This document shows positions 49,301-62,020 of a DNA stretch of 64,000 nt, one piece after another. The notes beneath the pieces are model-generated. The model was not told where the DNA came from, searched no databases, and saw nothing but the letters and a program-made list of their open reading frames with translations. The translations under genes were made by a program, and so were the position numbers. Numbering within the stretch: the first letter of the stretch is position 1; every line of letters begins with the position of its first letter. Location of the stretch: NCBI GenBank assembly GCA_963514005.1, contig OY740797.1, positions 19,902,001-19,966,000 on the forward strand. The letters run 5' to 3'. The DNA is from Raja brachyura (lineage: Eukaryota).

Positions 49301-51575
49301 AAATGGGTGTATGTTACAAAAGTATTCAGCTGGGTCAAGTCAATAATCACTCGACAACCTCAATCCTTTTTTGGTCTAGTAAAGATATTGGAGACAAATT
49401 CAATAGGTTCGTGCATAGTTTTCTCTATCACGCCTTTTTGTTCCAAACGAAAAATTTCAGCTGTGCCTGCTGCCTGTTCAACGGCAGACAGCGTAAACTT
49501 CCGTTTAGGCATATGCTGGGATGGAGGAATGTCCCTGTGAATAAATTCAATAGTATGACCCCGAATATTCTGCAAAATAAACTCATCTGAAGTAACAGTC
49601 TCCCATGCCTCAGAAAAGAACCGGAGTCGCCCTCCAACATGTGATGTTAAAGGGACAGGAAAAAGAAAACCAGACCGCCTTACCTCCATGGTCACTGGCG
49701 GTCCTTGACATGTTTGGTTGGCCGCGGAGGTGCTGGGTTGGGTTGATCGTGGGGTGGCTTCATTTTCCACTGGGGTCGTTGTGGGCCTGACCCCAAAAAA
49801 GACCGCTGCTGCTGGCCCTGTTGATATCGGTGTGGTGTCGCAGCATATGGTCTGGCTGCTGAAGCGGCCAAGCCTCGCGGTCGAGCAGGTGGAGCTTTTG
49901 GCACCAACGGTCTGGGGGCGATCTGAGACCGCATGAGTCCCACCGTCTTGGCTACCTCGTCAAGCTCTTTGACTCTCTTCGGAAGGTCCTCTCCGAAGAG
50001 TTGTCGGGGCGGCGGTGGCGGTGGTGGTTTACACAACCCAGCGAACTTAGGGTTGATGGATGGACGGATGCTGTTTTTTCGGAAGGCATTGATTTCATGT
50101 TGAGTAGCACACAAAAGTGCCAAAGCATCCTCCTGGTCCAACAAGAGATCACCACCATCGACCGACCACGCAAAGGCGGTAATACCGGCCGTGAGGAGTT
50201 TTAAAATCCACTGGAGCTTCAGCTCCTGATGGCGGATTGCCACGCCGATGTTGCCCCATATGGGCGTATTGACCACAGGCACATTTAGGGCATTGCAGTT
50301 GGAGGGAGGTTTGTGGCGATGAATAGCCTGTGAGAGGACTTCCTCCTGGAGCTGGTGGTTCGTAAGGAAGTCCACCGTGGCTGCCAGCTTGGGGTGAAGC
50401 GGAAGCCCAGTTGTGACCGGGGCAGCGAATTTTGCCGCTACATCCAGTAGATCTTCTGTTGGTGGCTCCGATAGAGCTGGTGTAGGGTCAACAAATCCTT
50501 CTTCCTCCGGTAGTTCGCTGACGATGGAGGCTGGCGAGACGGCCCTGTGCCTGTTGATGTTGGTGGACGCTTGCTGCTGTTGATTATGCAGCAGAAGCTC
50601 CAGCAGCCGCTCCATACGGTCAATACGCCCACCACCCTGAACACTCGAGTGGTCGGAGTCCTCCGGCTCAGAAATATTGCCAGGGCTCCTGTCATCGGCC
50701 CGCACCTCGTCGAGGTGATCTCGGTGCCGGTAGTTGTCGCTGCCGGCCGCCGAAGCGAAACCGCGCGATTCCCGCGCGGGAGAGGTGTTCAACTGCCTCC
50801 GTTTGGCGGGAGCGGAAGCCGTTGCCACAAAGGGCCCTGACGGCTGGGGGTCGGCTCCAGCAGAAGCATGGAGACCCGACGCCTGCGCGGGCTTGCCGGC
50901 TGTCCACATCGTGGACGATGCCGACGCATGGTCTCGTCCACCCATACATGGGGGACTCGGCGACCGAGGCGGGACCGTACCCAAGCCCCCCGTCCCGGCA
51001 GCGGGGTTTGGGAGTCTGCACCAGACCGCAACTTGGCGGCAGGTGAAGCCTTAGCCCGTACCGGGTTAGGCTTACGGGCTCCTCCCCTGCCCTTCTTCGA
51101 AGGGCTAGCGGAGGGGGGCCAGGCAGCTGCACGATACCCCTTCCCCGTGGTCGCCGCTGGCGACCTGAATGTGGCAGGGTCCACCTGTTTGGGTGGCACT
51201 CCGTTGTCGTCCTCCACGAACTCCTCCTTGGAGCTGTGGCGAGTCAGCGGGTCCCGACCTGCGGAAGCAGGAGGCATCGGTCTCCCCGCCTTTCTCCCGG
51301 CCCCAGGTGTAAGCGATGATGAGGGCGCCGGGCCGGTCAGTCGACGACTCCGACCAGACATCGAAACTCCAATCCACGCCCTTACTGAAAGAGAAACAGA
51401 CAGCAAGGGCCAACCAACTTAAGGTTAGGTTAACTTACCTAAGCAGTCCCTTATGAAGAGCTGGCGGGGAGCGCACCCCACCGCAGCTGTCGGCAACAAT
51501 GCGTTGCGACGATATGTCGCGCATGCGTGCCGGCGGGCTCTTCACGAAGTCACTCACGTGACTCCGAAATGAAAT
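46320..51575 (-). mobile_element. DIRS1-type retrotransposon B, near full length
   Basis: Gag-like ORF 49692-50984; RT-RNaseH-MT 47775-49770 (YLDD, TDAS, INYLEL, DNTTAV, PDIDLFAS; two frameshifts); YR 46798-47859 (one stop); ICR 46542-46653; AAT at both ends on the + strand. Confidence 0.95.
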
Positions 51576-53036
51576 ACACAACCAAACATCCTCCATGTAA
51601 TTTCGGAACGTTAGGTCCTTCACAAGGTATTCCCTATACATTCACGACTCTGCCGCCAAATTGTGATTTCACTCGATTTACAAGTTTGCACATGACATCA
51701 ACATGGTGGAGCAGATCTCGAACCATGACTGGACTGAGTTCAGTAAGCGGATAGAGAGTTTAGTGACACTTAATGAGGACAACAATCTCTTCCTCAGTGT
51801 GAGCAAAATGAACGAACTAGTTATTGAATTCAGGAAACGAGGTGAAGTACACGACCCAATCTGCACCAATGGTGTTGCAGTGAAAATGGTCGAGAGCATT
51901 ATTTTCCTGGCGATAAACATCACCAATAATTTGCCCTGGCCCAACCACATTAATGCTAACGCTATGAAAGCACGCCAATGCCTCGACTTTCCCAGAGGAC
52001 CAAGGGAAGTTGAACTGTCTCCAATGTCTCTTACCAAATTCCAGAGTTGCACTGACGAAATAGTGTTATGTGGATGAATCCCAAAATGATTTGGCTACAG
52101 CTTTGCCCAAGTCCTTAAAAAACGTAGGAACCTGCGTTTGCAGCCCAGCCAACCACGTAAACCAGCCAGCTCCCCCCCACCCCCTCCCCCCCCCCCCAAT
52201 TCTCGCTTCTTCCCTCTCTCGGTGGACATAGTACACAATAGCTTGAAATCGTCTTGTGTAAGATTCAAAAACAGCTTTATACTCGATGTTATCAAGTTAC
52301 TAAGCAGGCATCACGCGAGCTGAGGATGCAATCCTGATATGCGATCTACGTCGTTCTGCTCCTTGCGCTTTTTAAAATCCGAACTTTGTCTTTAGCTATA
52401 ACACTATCTTTTGCATTCTGTTTCATTTCCCTTTTTGCACTTGCGTATGGTTTGATTGTACCCATATATCGAATCCCTTTTCTGGATTGCACATGAAAAT
52501 AATTAACCAGTGCCAATACCAATGTCAGTCTTTCGGTGATTTTGGAGGTTTATTCTTCTAAGCATTGCAAAGTGGGAGATGCATTTGTGGGATTCCATTT
52601 AACAGCTACCTCAAAATTGTAATTTTGTGGGAAGCAGTTTCGATGCCATTGTAGGCCATATCCGGTTGTATGGGTCTTCGTGAAAGATCGAAGCCAAAAT
52701 TGTAAGTAATACTTTGAAGAACTGCTCAACAAAGCCAAATAAATTCTCGACAAAGGTTCTTTTCATTTTTATTTTAATTACCGTGCTTTTAAATTCATGA
52801 TAACTTTTGCCTTACGGGTTGATTGCAATAATTACTCTCCCATTGGTCAGCAACCCACAATATCCCCGTGGTCTGATATTTGATACTTTCTCACTATTTA
52901 AGATTTATTTTTAGGTGTTCCTGCCACCAGAACTAGCAACAGCTCATATTTTCAACCTAAACATCACCTTTCACATTACAATATATTAGGTTATGATCTG
53001 GCGTGGAAATGTCAAAAGATGCTGAAGCAGATACAA

Positions 53037-53620
53037 TCAAAATCATAATCATACTTTGTTAGCCAAGTATGTTTTGCAACATACGAGGAATTTGATTTGC
53101 TATACGGTCATGCCAATAAAAAAACAACAGAACACCCAAAATACATTTTAACACAACCATTCACCAGAGTGACTCCTCCACATTCCTCACTGTGAATGAA
53201 GGCGAAAAAAGGTCATTCTCTCCCTTCTTCGTCCTGGAGCGGTCGGGGCCTCTAACCTTCCGTTGACGGGACGATTTTACTTCCGTAGCCGGCGGCGGGC
53301 ATCCTCGTCAGGGGGATCAAGCGTCTGCATCGGGTTGGGGGAGGGGGTGGGGGGGGGGGGGGGGATCTCAGCTCCACCGCGCGGGTCGGGGCTAGTCCAA
53401 CGTCGTGCGGCTTTTGGAGCTTCTCGACGTCGCAGGCCGCAGTTGGAGCGTCGATCCCAAGCAAGGAATCGACTACTACGGTAAGTCTTCGCCGTGCGTT
53501 GGGGCTCAAAGTCGTCCCGAGCAAGGCCAGCAGCTCCACGAAGTTGGGCCGCAAGCGACCGGAGCTACGACCCGGAAATCAATCGCATCTCGGGCAAGGT
53601 AAGAGATTGAAAAAAGGTTT
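53037..53620 (-). mobile_element. Non-autonomous retroposon-like repeat, at the site where paralog 2 lost exon 5
   Basis: Flanks match copy-1 positions ~13675 and ~14425, so ~750 bp including exon 5 is missing here. Confidence 0.6.
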
Positions 53621-54944
53621 TCCATTGCATTAATTATCCATCGCACTGGATGTTTGAAGAATTCCTTATATTTGAAGATATATGCGTAGGAGATAATTGA
53701 ATACATCCAATTCCAAGCTTAAATAATTGAATTTGAAGATCCAGCTTTGATTATCGCAGACATTTATCAAAACTGGCTTCAGAAATCTCGTTACATGTCC
53801 ACCTATGCAGTAAGTTATCTTTACTCCTCTGTGAGCAAACACCATTGATGCATCCATTCACTTTTTAACCATAGAAATTATTATTGTAAAATATCAAGAT
53901 TCTTACAGTACCATATCTTTAATCCGAGACATCACGATTATAATCAGAACTAAAATTAGTCATCCGCATACTGCATATACGACAATCTGTTTGCGATCAT
54001 TTCCTGATTTCTTGAACAGAAAATTAAGAAACCGTAAAGAATTTATACATTTCAGAACAAATATACAAACGGCAGTCAACAAAGTAAATCATTTCAGGTG
54101 TGTATTTTAATTCCCACATCCGATAGGTTGGAAGGTATATCATAAAGCACCAGATGGAAGTTAGTAATGGAATCCACAGGACAAACACATGCCATTGTAT
54201 TGTGCCCATGTGCGGAGAGCTGCTTACTAACGTTAAACGGAATTTAGGCTTTATTTTCGCGTACTTCACCAGGCAGCAGATATCTGCACATCCCATTCAA
54301 TTAGTTTTCATAAAAGACCGGTTCCTTCAATTTCTGTAAGGCTTAGGTGTTGGATTCAACGTATTGAATCACCTCTAAATCAAAAGCAACTTTCCATATG
54401 TGTGGCGACCAATACAATGCACACTACTCGGAGGCTGGTAAAAAACAAACAAACAGCTGAAGGAGTACCAGTGCAGCAAAAAAAAAGACAACCTCGTTGT
54501 TGCATTGGACTCCGTTGCAATAAAAAACCTTCCGTATTGCATGCTGCAGTTGAATGCGAACTGTCTAGGTTTATACTAGCACAGTATAAACTAAGTGTGC
54601 ATCATTTACCTAGATATTTACCCGTATTAAACTGTTTGAAAGCATTTCTTCGATTGTTCGGGCTCCCCCGGATGTACCTATGGTAACCCGAACTCTCGCA
54701 GAAATGCACAATCAAAGACCCCAAAAAAATCCAGTTGCCCATGACAACTTTGGTTGCTCACTCATGTGGGAAACCAATTAGTCAGATACTCGACCTAACT
54801 CTGTTTACTTGACTATTCCGGCCACACACGCTCCGTTTGGCATTTAAATATCACGCCTTAATGTATTCTTTAATATTCATATCCTAATCCTCTTTTGCCT
54901 CTACCCCACGTTTCATCCAGTAAGGCTACCTATGGAACTAATTT

Positions 54945-55790
54945 CATGGAATCATGGAAACTTTATTGTCATTCAGACCTTTCTGTCTGAACGAAATTTC
55001 GTTGCCTTGCAGTCATACATATAGTAAATAACAAAACACACAATAAACACAAGTTTAACATCCACTACAGTGAGTTCACCAGACACTTCCTCACTGTGAT
55101 GGAAGGCAAAATATTAAGTCTTTGTCTCTTCCCTTCTTGTTCTTCCTCTTCCTCTGCGCTGAGGCGATCCAGGCCTCCGATGTTGTGACCCCACCGGGTG
55201 ATGTAAGTAAGTCCCGCGGCTGAACCGTGCTCTGTGAACTGGCCGGTTCAACTCCGCGGCCCGGGGTGGTCGAAGCTGCCGAAGCTGCCACCCGCCAGTC
55301 CAGCGGATGAAGCTGTTGCCGCAGGAGCTCTGGAAAAACAAGTCACCAACATGTGACCTGCGAGCTCCCGACGATGTCGTCCACTGGGCCCACGGCCGAA
55401 CCTCCAAAGTGGCTGCCGCCGCCACGGCCACCGGAAAGCCGCCACAGCTCCGATTCAGGCCGCCAGAGCCCGCCACAGCCCCGAAGTCAGCCAGCCTCAC
55501 GCTGGTAAGTCCTGGCTGGCTCTGCCTCCGGAGCCTCGAGGTCGGTCGCAGTTGGAGGCTGCCAGCTCCGCCATTAGGCCTCAGCGCAGACGGAGATGGA
55601 GACGGGGGATACGACAAGAAAAGTCGCGTCCCCCCGAAGGAAGAGACTAAAACATTTCTCCCACCCCTCCCACACACATACACAACATACTAACTCAAAT
55701 TAACACACCATACAAGACAAGAAAACAACAACAAAAAAAAACAGACGGCCTGCAGGCGAGCCGCAGCTGCCAAGGCAGCGCCGCCACTCC
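54945..55790 (-). mobile_element. Non-autonomous retroposon-like repeat
   Basis: Ends homologous to 26746-27485 with a different GC-rich interior. Confidence 0.6.
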
Positions 55791-56626
55791 ACGAGAAGTG
55801 TTCTTCAACACCCGTGTTTCTGCCCGGATATGTTGTTATGCAAATCAGAGCTCAGGTGCTGATTTGTAAATGTCCAGAACGTGTTTCCTCATTACAAACA
55901 CAATATTAATTCAGTTGGTCAAGACATCTCACACGGATTTCCTTACGAGAACTGATGAAGCACAATACATTTCACAGAGCATGCAAGTGTTGCCTTCATG
56001 CGAATAAATGCGAGTCACGTTTACCCTTCCCTCTGTGTACGGAATGTTGTCCAGTTATTAATCTGATCGAATTTGATCTACCGCCCCAGGCTGTGTTATT
56101 TGCAAAAAACTAGAAGCCACAAACAATGGTTCTCCGCTCCGTCTTTTCACAGTTTCGATTCCAGTGCGAATTTCCTCGTTATTTCTTAGCCAGAATATTT
56201 CTAATTTCTCCGGATAAAAGACGCCCGTTTCCGTGGAGTGCCAAGTCCTTCAGCATGAACAATTTTCAAGGGAGTTGGGGGATCTTAAGCAAAAAAAAAA
56301 AATTTACCGGGTGTTCGCTTTCCACTTCACTGCAAGTATTTTCATTTGTCTCACCACCGAGCCGTATTTCTCACTAGCAAATTATTTAACATTTAATCTT
56401 CCCAGTTTATCGTTAATTTATACACCTTTTTTTTCCGGACGACCAGACGAATTTCACCAAGATACAAAGAGGGTGAATTTAAGGAGTGTCAACAGAATTT
56501 AAGGCGTGCCAAAAGAAACTGTGTTCTGAATGGACTTTTCCTGGTATCGCGCGAAAGTGTTAGCAAGAAGCCTGCCGTGATTATTTAAAAGTGGCCATAT
56601 TCTGGTCGATCATTTGTTGCAAAAAA

Positions 56627-59600
56627 AAAGTAAGATTAAATGAGAACTTACCAGTTTGAAGTTTGATCTTTATTTTATGAGGAGTTACAATGAGGGATTA
56701 TGTGAAGACCCCGCCAGCACGCATGTGCGACATTCTTCAAAGCAGTGGTGTGAAATCACAGATACCAAAGTTGACTAACATAGTAAGATAAGAGAGAACG
56801 TTATATACCAGTTGACCTTTATAATAGAGGGCTTGGGAGCGGAGGGCACGTAATCCCTCATCGTAACTCCTCATAAAATAAACACCAAACTTCAAACTGG
56901 TAAGTTCTCATTTAATCTTACTATTTTACTTCAGTGAGTGACTACGTGAAGATTTCAAAGCTCTGTGATTTCATGCCCTGGAATGAGTCCATGCTCACAC
57001 ACTGCCATGCTAGGAAATGGAGGATGTAACATATTTCAGACATGGAACTGTGCTGAGAAACAAAAAGGTATTTATTTCATACCTAAAATAATAATGCCCC
57101 TACATTGGGGTAAATCATATAATAACCATATAACAATTACAGCACGGAAACAGGCCATCTCGGCCCTTCAAATCCGTGCTGAACAACTTTTTTCCCTTAG
57201 TCCCACCTGCCTGCACTCATACCATAAGCCTCCATCCTCTTCTCATCCATATGCCTATCCAATTTATTTTTAAATGATACCAACGAACCTGCCGCCACCA
57301 CTTCCACTGGAAGCTCATTCCACACTGCTACCACTCTCTGAGTAAAGAAGTTCCCCCTCATGTTACCCCTAAACTTCTGTCCCTTAATTCTAAAGTCATG
57401 TCCTCTTGTTTGAATCTTCCCTATTCTCAAAGGGAAAAGCTTGTCCACATTAACTCTGTCTATCCCTCTCATCATTTTAAAGACCTCTATCAAGTCCCCC
57501 CTTAATCTTCTGCGCTCCAGAGAATAAAGACCTAACTTATTCAACCTATCTCTGTAACTTAGCTGTTGAAACCCAGGCAACATTCTAGTAAATCTCCTCT
57601 GTACCCTCTCTATTTTGTTGACATCCTTCCTATAATTGGGCGACCAAAATTGTACACCATACTCCAGATTCGGTCTCACCAATGCCTTGTACAATTTTAA
57701 CATTACATCCCAGCTTCTATACTCAATGCTCTGATTTATAAAGGCTAGCATACCAAAAGATTTCTTTACCACTCTATCTGTATGAGATTCCACCTTCAAG
57801 GAACTATGCATGGTTATTCCCAGATCCCTCTGTTCAACTGTATTCTTCAATTCCCTACTATTTACCATGTACGTCCTATTTTGATTTGTCCTGCCAAGGT
57901 GTAGCACCTCACATTTATCAGCATTAAACTCCATCTGCCATCTTTCAGCCCATTTTTCCAACTGGCCTAAATCACTCTGTAGACTTTGGAAATCCTCTTC
58001 ATTATCCACAATGTCCTTTATCTTGGTATAACCTGCATACTTACTAATCCAATTTACCACCCCTTCATCCAGATCATTGATGTACATGACAAACAACAAA
58101 GGACCCAACACAGATCCCTGAGGCACCCCACTAGTCACCTGCCTCCAACCCGACAAGCAGCCATCCACCATTACCCTCTGGCTTCTCCCATTCAGCCACT
58201 GTTGAATCCATCTTGCTATTCCTGCATTTATACCCAACAGTTGAACCTTCTTAACCAACCTTCCATGAGGATCCTTGTCAAAGGCCTTACTAAAGTCCAT
58301 ATAGACAACATCCACTGCTTTACCCTCGTCAATTTCCCTAGTAACCTCTTCAAAAAATTCAAGAAGATTAGTCAAACATGACCTTCCAGGCATAAATCCA
58401 TGTTGACTGTTCCTAATTAGACCCTGTGGATCATGAAACAGAACTTAACATTTTTCCCGCAAATGTCTCGGGAGTGGCCATGGGTTTATTATAGAAGCGC
58501 TGAAAAGTCCGTTCATTACGCCAACCCGCTGTAGCAAGGATGTGGTCCATTGGAACTTCCATCATCCTAGCCGCCGATGTGGATGCAGCCCTGGTGGAGT
58601 GAGATTTAAAAATATTAGTGTCCACCCCCGCTGCACCCAATACCACCCTTAACCATCTGGAAATGGTTTGTACTGTGACCTTATGGTGAGGGCGTTTGTG
58701 GCTAATGAGTAAAGCCCTCTCTGTCCCCCTGAGACTCTTGGCGACCTCTATATATCACAATATATATGTCACGATGCAGAGCCGACAATCTGCAGGATAG
58801 GCCAGAAATTCTAATTTTTGGCCAGTGGATCCGGGTCTATCCTGTTTAAGTAACCGCTCTATAAGGAAGGTTATCTTGCCATTAGTGATATACATGGCGT
58901 CCATACTTAGCTTATGTAAGGACTGGACCCGTTGTGCTATTACAAGTGCCATTAACATAACCATTTTATAGGTTAATTTATCCAGTGTGAGTCCCGATAT
59001 AGGTGTCCATCCTCGAAGCATAGTCAACACTATGCCTATATTCCAAGTATGGGTGTATCTGGGCCTGGATTAGAATTAAATATACCCCTCATTAGTTTAG
59101 ATACCAGTGGGTGTGATCCCACAGCCAGGTGATCACACCCTCAGCCCAGATAATTGGATAGGGCACCACAGGCACAATTAATGGTACTGTAGCTCAATCC
59201 CTCATCAAAATGAAGGGTAGTCAGGAACTCCAGCACTTCAGTGATGGTGGCTATGTCGTATGAAGTGCTCATTCTGGTGCAGAACACTTTCCATTTCTTC
59301 ACATATGTAAGATATTGTTTTTCTGGTGGACTCCCTGCACGACGCTGTGATGACATTTATCGTCCTGTCGGAGAGTCCGTAATCCAGAAATGGCCTGTTC
59401 AGAATCTGCAAACTAACAGGTTTATTCGGTCATGGTACGGATGACTTCCCCCTGTCACAGGGAGTACCAAAAGGCTCGGACGTTTATAAATCCGAATGCA
59501 GGGTTCTGCGGCCATATTTTGTACTAATGGGAACCATGGTTGGGTATGCCAGTCAGGAACAAACAAAATACCCGTTGCGGAGTCTTGTTTGATTTTTTGT

Positions 59601-61020
59601 AAGACCGAACTGATGAGGCAGAAGGAGGGAAATGCATAGAAAAACAAATTCCCCCAATGCAGCGAGAAAGCGTCCATCACTGCTGCCCCAGGGCCTGGTT
59701 CCCAAGCAACATATGTTGGTGGTTGGTGATTTAATCTGGATGCAAAAAGGTCGCTATCTGGTGTCCCATACCGTTCGGTGTTGTCATTGAATTTGCGTGA
59801 CCTGGTGTCCGCCACTATATTTAGCTTACCTGGAAGGTAAGTGGCTGAGATCCAAATATTCCTTTCCAGACACCAGTGCCAGATATTATTAACCAATTTA
59901 TCGCATGATATTGTCTTTATTCCACCCATATGATTAATATAGGCCACCACAGTGGTATTATCAATCTGTAAACGTACATGCAAGTGCATGTCTGAGCAAT
60001 AGGCCCGGAGACCATGAAATGCTCCCAGCATTTCTAGATAATTAATCCCTAGTGCTCCCAACAGGGCTAATTCTTGTGCAATCCATCTGCCTCCACAACT
60101 TGAGGTGGTATTAATTTCTCCACAACCTTTTGCACTGGCATCAGTCTGTAATGTAACCGAGGGATTCATGATAGTGATGGGGTTAGAACAATGCTGAGTA
60201 TTGTCTATCCACCAATTTAACTCTAATTTTACTTTCCCTGGTAGTTCCATAGGCCTATCAAAATGGCCTGCATGAGTATTAAGAGCTAATATTTTTGCTC
60301 TTTGTAGATTTTGGTAATGGAGTGGTCCAAATTGTGCTGCTGGAATTGCAGCAACTAGTTTCCCAATTACTCTGGCTACTTGCTAAATGGATGGTTTTCT
60401 GATGCTAGTGAGGCTTTTACATGCTTCCGTCAAGTCTGCCACTTTGTTTGGTGGCGAGGTGATAGACATTTGAACAGAATCGATAGTGAACCCCAAATAA
60501 TCCATGGTAGTGGACGGTCTCAATTTTGATTTATCTGGATGAATGATAAATCCCAGCTTTTGAAAAATATGCTTTGTGGCTGATACTGCCAATGTAGCCA
60601 ACTCTACATTTTCCCCTACAATGAGAATATCATCAAGGTAGGCCATAGCAATATGATTTTGTTTCCTCAAATATGCCAAAGCTGGTTTTAGCAATTTGGT
60701 AAATAGTCTGGATGCTGATGATAACCCATTGGGTAAGGCCTTATACTGCCAAAGCTGTCCCATCCCGCCAAATTTCAGATATTTACGATGATCCTTGTGT
60801 ATTGGTACTGAATAGTATGCATCCTTTAGGTCGATGCAAGTCATGTAGTACCTGCCAGAGATTGGCTGTTTGGCTGTAACAAACGTATCCATTTTGAAAT
60901 GGACATACTGAACAGAAGTATTCAGATCGGTCAAATCTATAATGATGCGGCATCCGCCGTCTTTTTTGTTTTTGGTAAATATATTTCATACGAACTCTTG
61001 AGATACTATGTTTGTTTTCT
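56627..61020 (-). mobile_element. DIRS1-type retrotransposon C, 5'-deleted, interrupted by CR1-B
   Basis: RT 60383-60934 (YLDD); RH-MT 59399-60250; YR pieces 58431-59356; 3' ITR/ICR 56630-56950, similar to element D. Confidence 0.92.
57119..58429 (-). mobile_element. CR1-B LINE 3' fragment
   Basis: Open 398-aa ORF 57197-58393, nearly identical to 3870-5100; ATCAT duplicated at 57114-57118 and 58430-58434. Confidence 0.95.
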
Positions 61021-61455
61021 CAATGTCAACAGAAATATTAATTCAATATCTCACTGCAAAACATTTTAAACCACACCTCAGAGTGAATTTCTTCCATCTC
61101 AAGCACTTGCCCGTTCTTAGCGATAAATCCACCTGGGAGATTGGCTTAAAATTTGCGACCAATAAATTAATGGGCTGCGCGGATGTCAATGAAAAGTAGT
61201 CTCGAAAGGTACCGTACAATGAACAGAATAACCCTCAATACCCACGCGTCCCATGAGTGCTACCCGATCTGGTGATTATTCATATTATGCATTGTTTCAT
61301 TTTGAATTACCAGTATCTATAATGCATTTATCAAAAATTGTTATTACCGGGTATTCATTAACAGGCGATTTTTCATATTATCCTCGCGACTTGGTTTTAC
61401 TTTACAAATGACATAGAACTGAAAATTGCTTATTTCCCTAACACCACACACTCAC

Positions 61456-61761
61456 CAAATACAGTGATTTGGCTGCCACTTCCATTCCCGATAACCTGAT
61501 GCTGGAACTTTACTTGACAGTAATACAGGCCGGAGTCAGCGACACGCACATGTTGGAGAGTAAATGTTCCGCTTCCCGAATCTATCGTAAATTGTTTTCT
61601 ACTGTCCGGTTCTAGGAATGTCTTCATGCCACCCCTCCACCAATTAACGCGAATGGTGTCTTTCGATATTGGAAATTTGCAATACATGATAGCATTTTCA
61701 CCGCCGCCAATGTCCAAGTTGAGAGGGAATTGAGACACTCTGCTCAAAGAGAATTCGGCGG
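61456..61761 (-). CDS. Intact VJ-type V exon of paralog 2
   Basis: 306 nt, canonical splice sites, open frame, 8 aa differences from copy 1. Confidence 0.8.
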
Positions 61762-62020
61762 CTGTCGGGAAAAAAGAAAGAACAATGGAAACAGCTGTAC
61801 ACACTGGACAGAGAAAACAAGAACCAACTGTCGAAAAGCACGAAACAACTATAAACCCACGAGGGCGTAATAGATGAACATAATAGCTTGAAACCTGGTC
61901 CGACCTCGAAAAATAATATTTAAACCTGAAATGGCACACATATTTAATTAAACCCTGCCTAAGTATAACCAGAAGAACCATGGACCAAACTGTAACTTTC
62001 GCCGACATATTACAAGAATA

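Larger units (their letters stand above)
53907..62008 (-). pseudogene. Paralog (copy 2) of the IgSF VJ-C1 receptor, pseudogenised
   Basis: Leader 61954-62008 and V exon 61456-61761 are intact. C1 exon (~56088-56283) has a 13-bp deletion removing the first Cys and a ~115-bp deletion removing the second Cys and the donor. TM exon 53907-54003 has an in-frame TGA and a frameshift. Exon 5 is deleted and exon 6 was not found. Confidence 0.88.
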
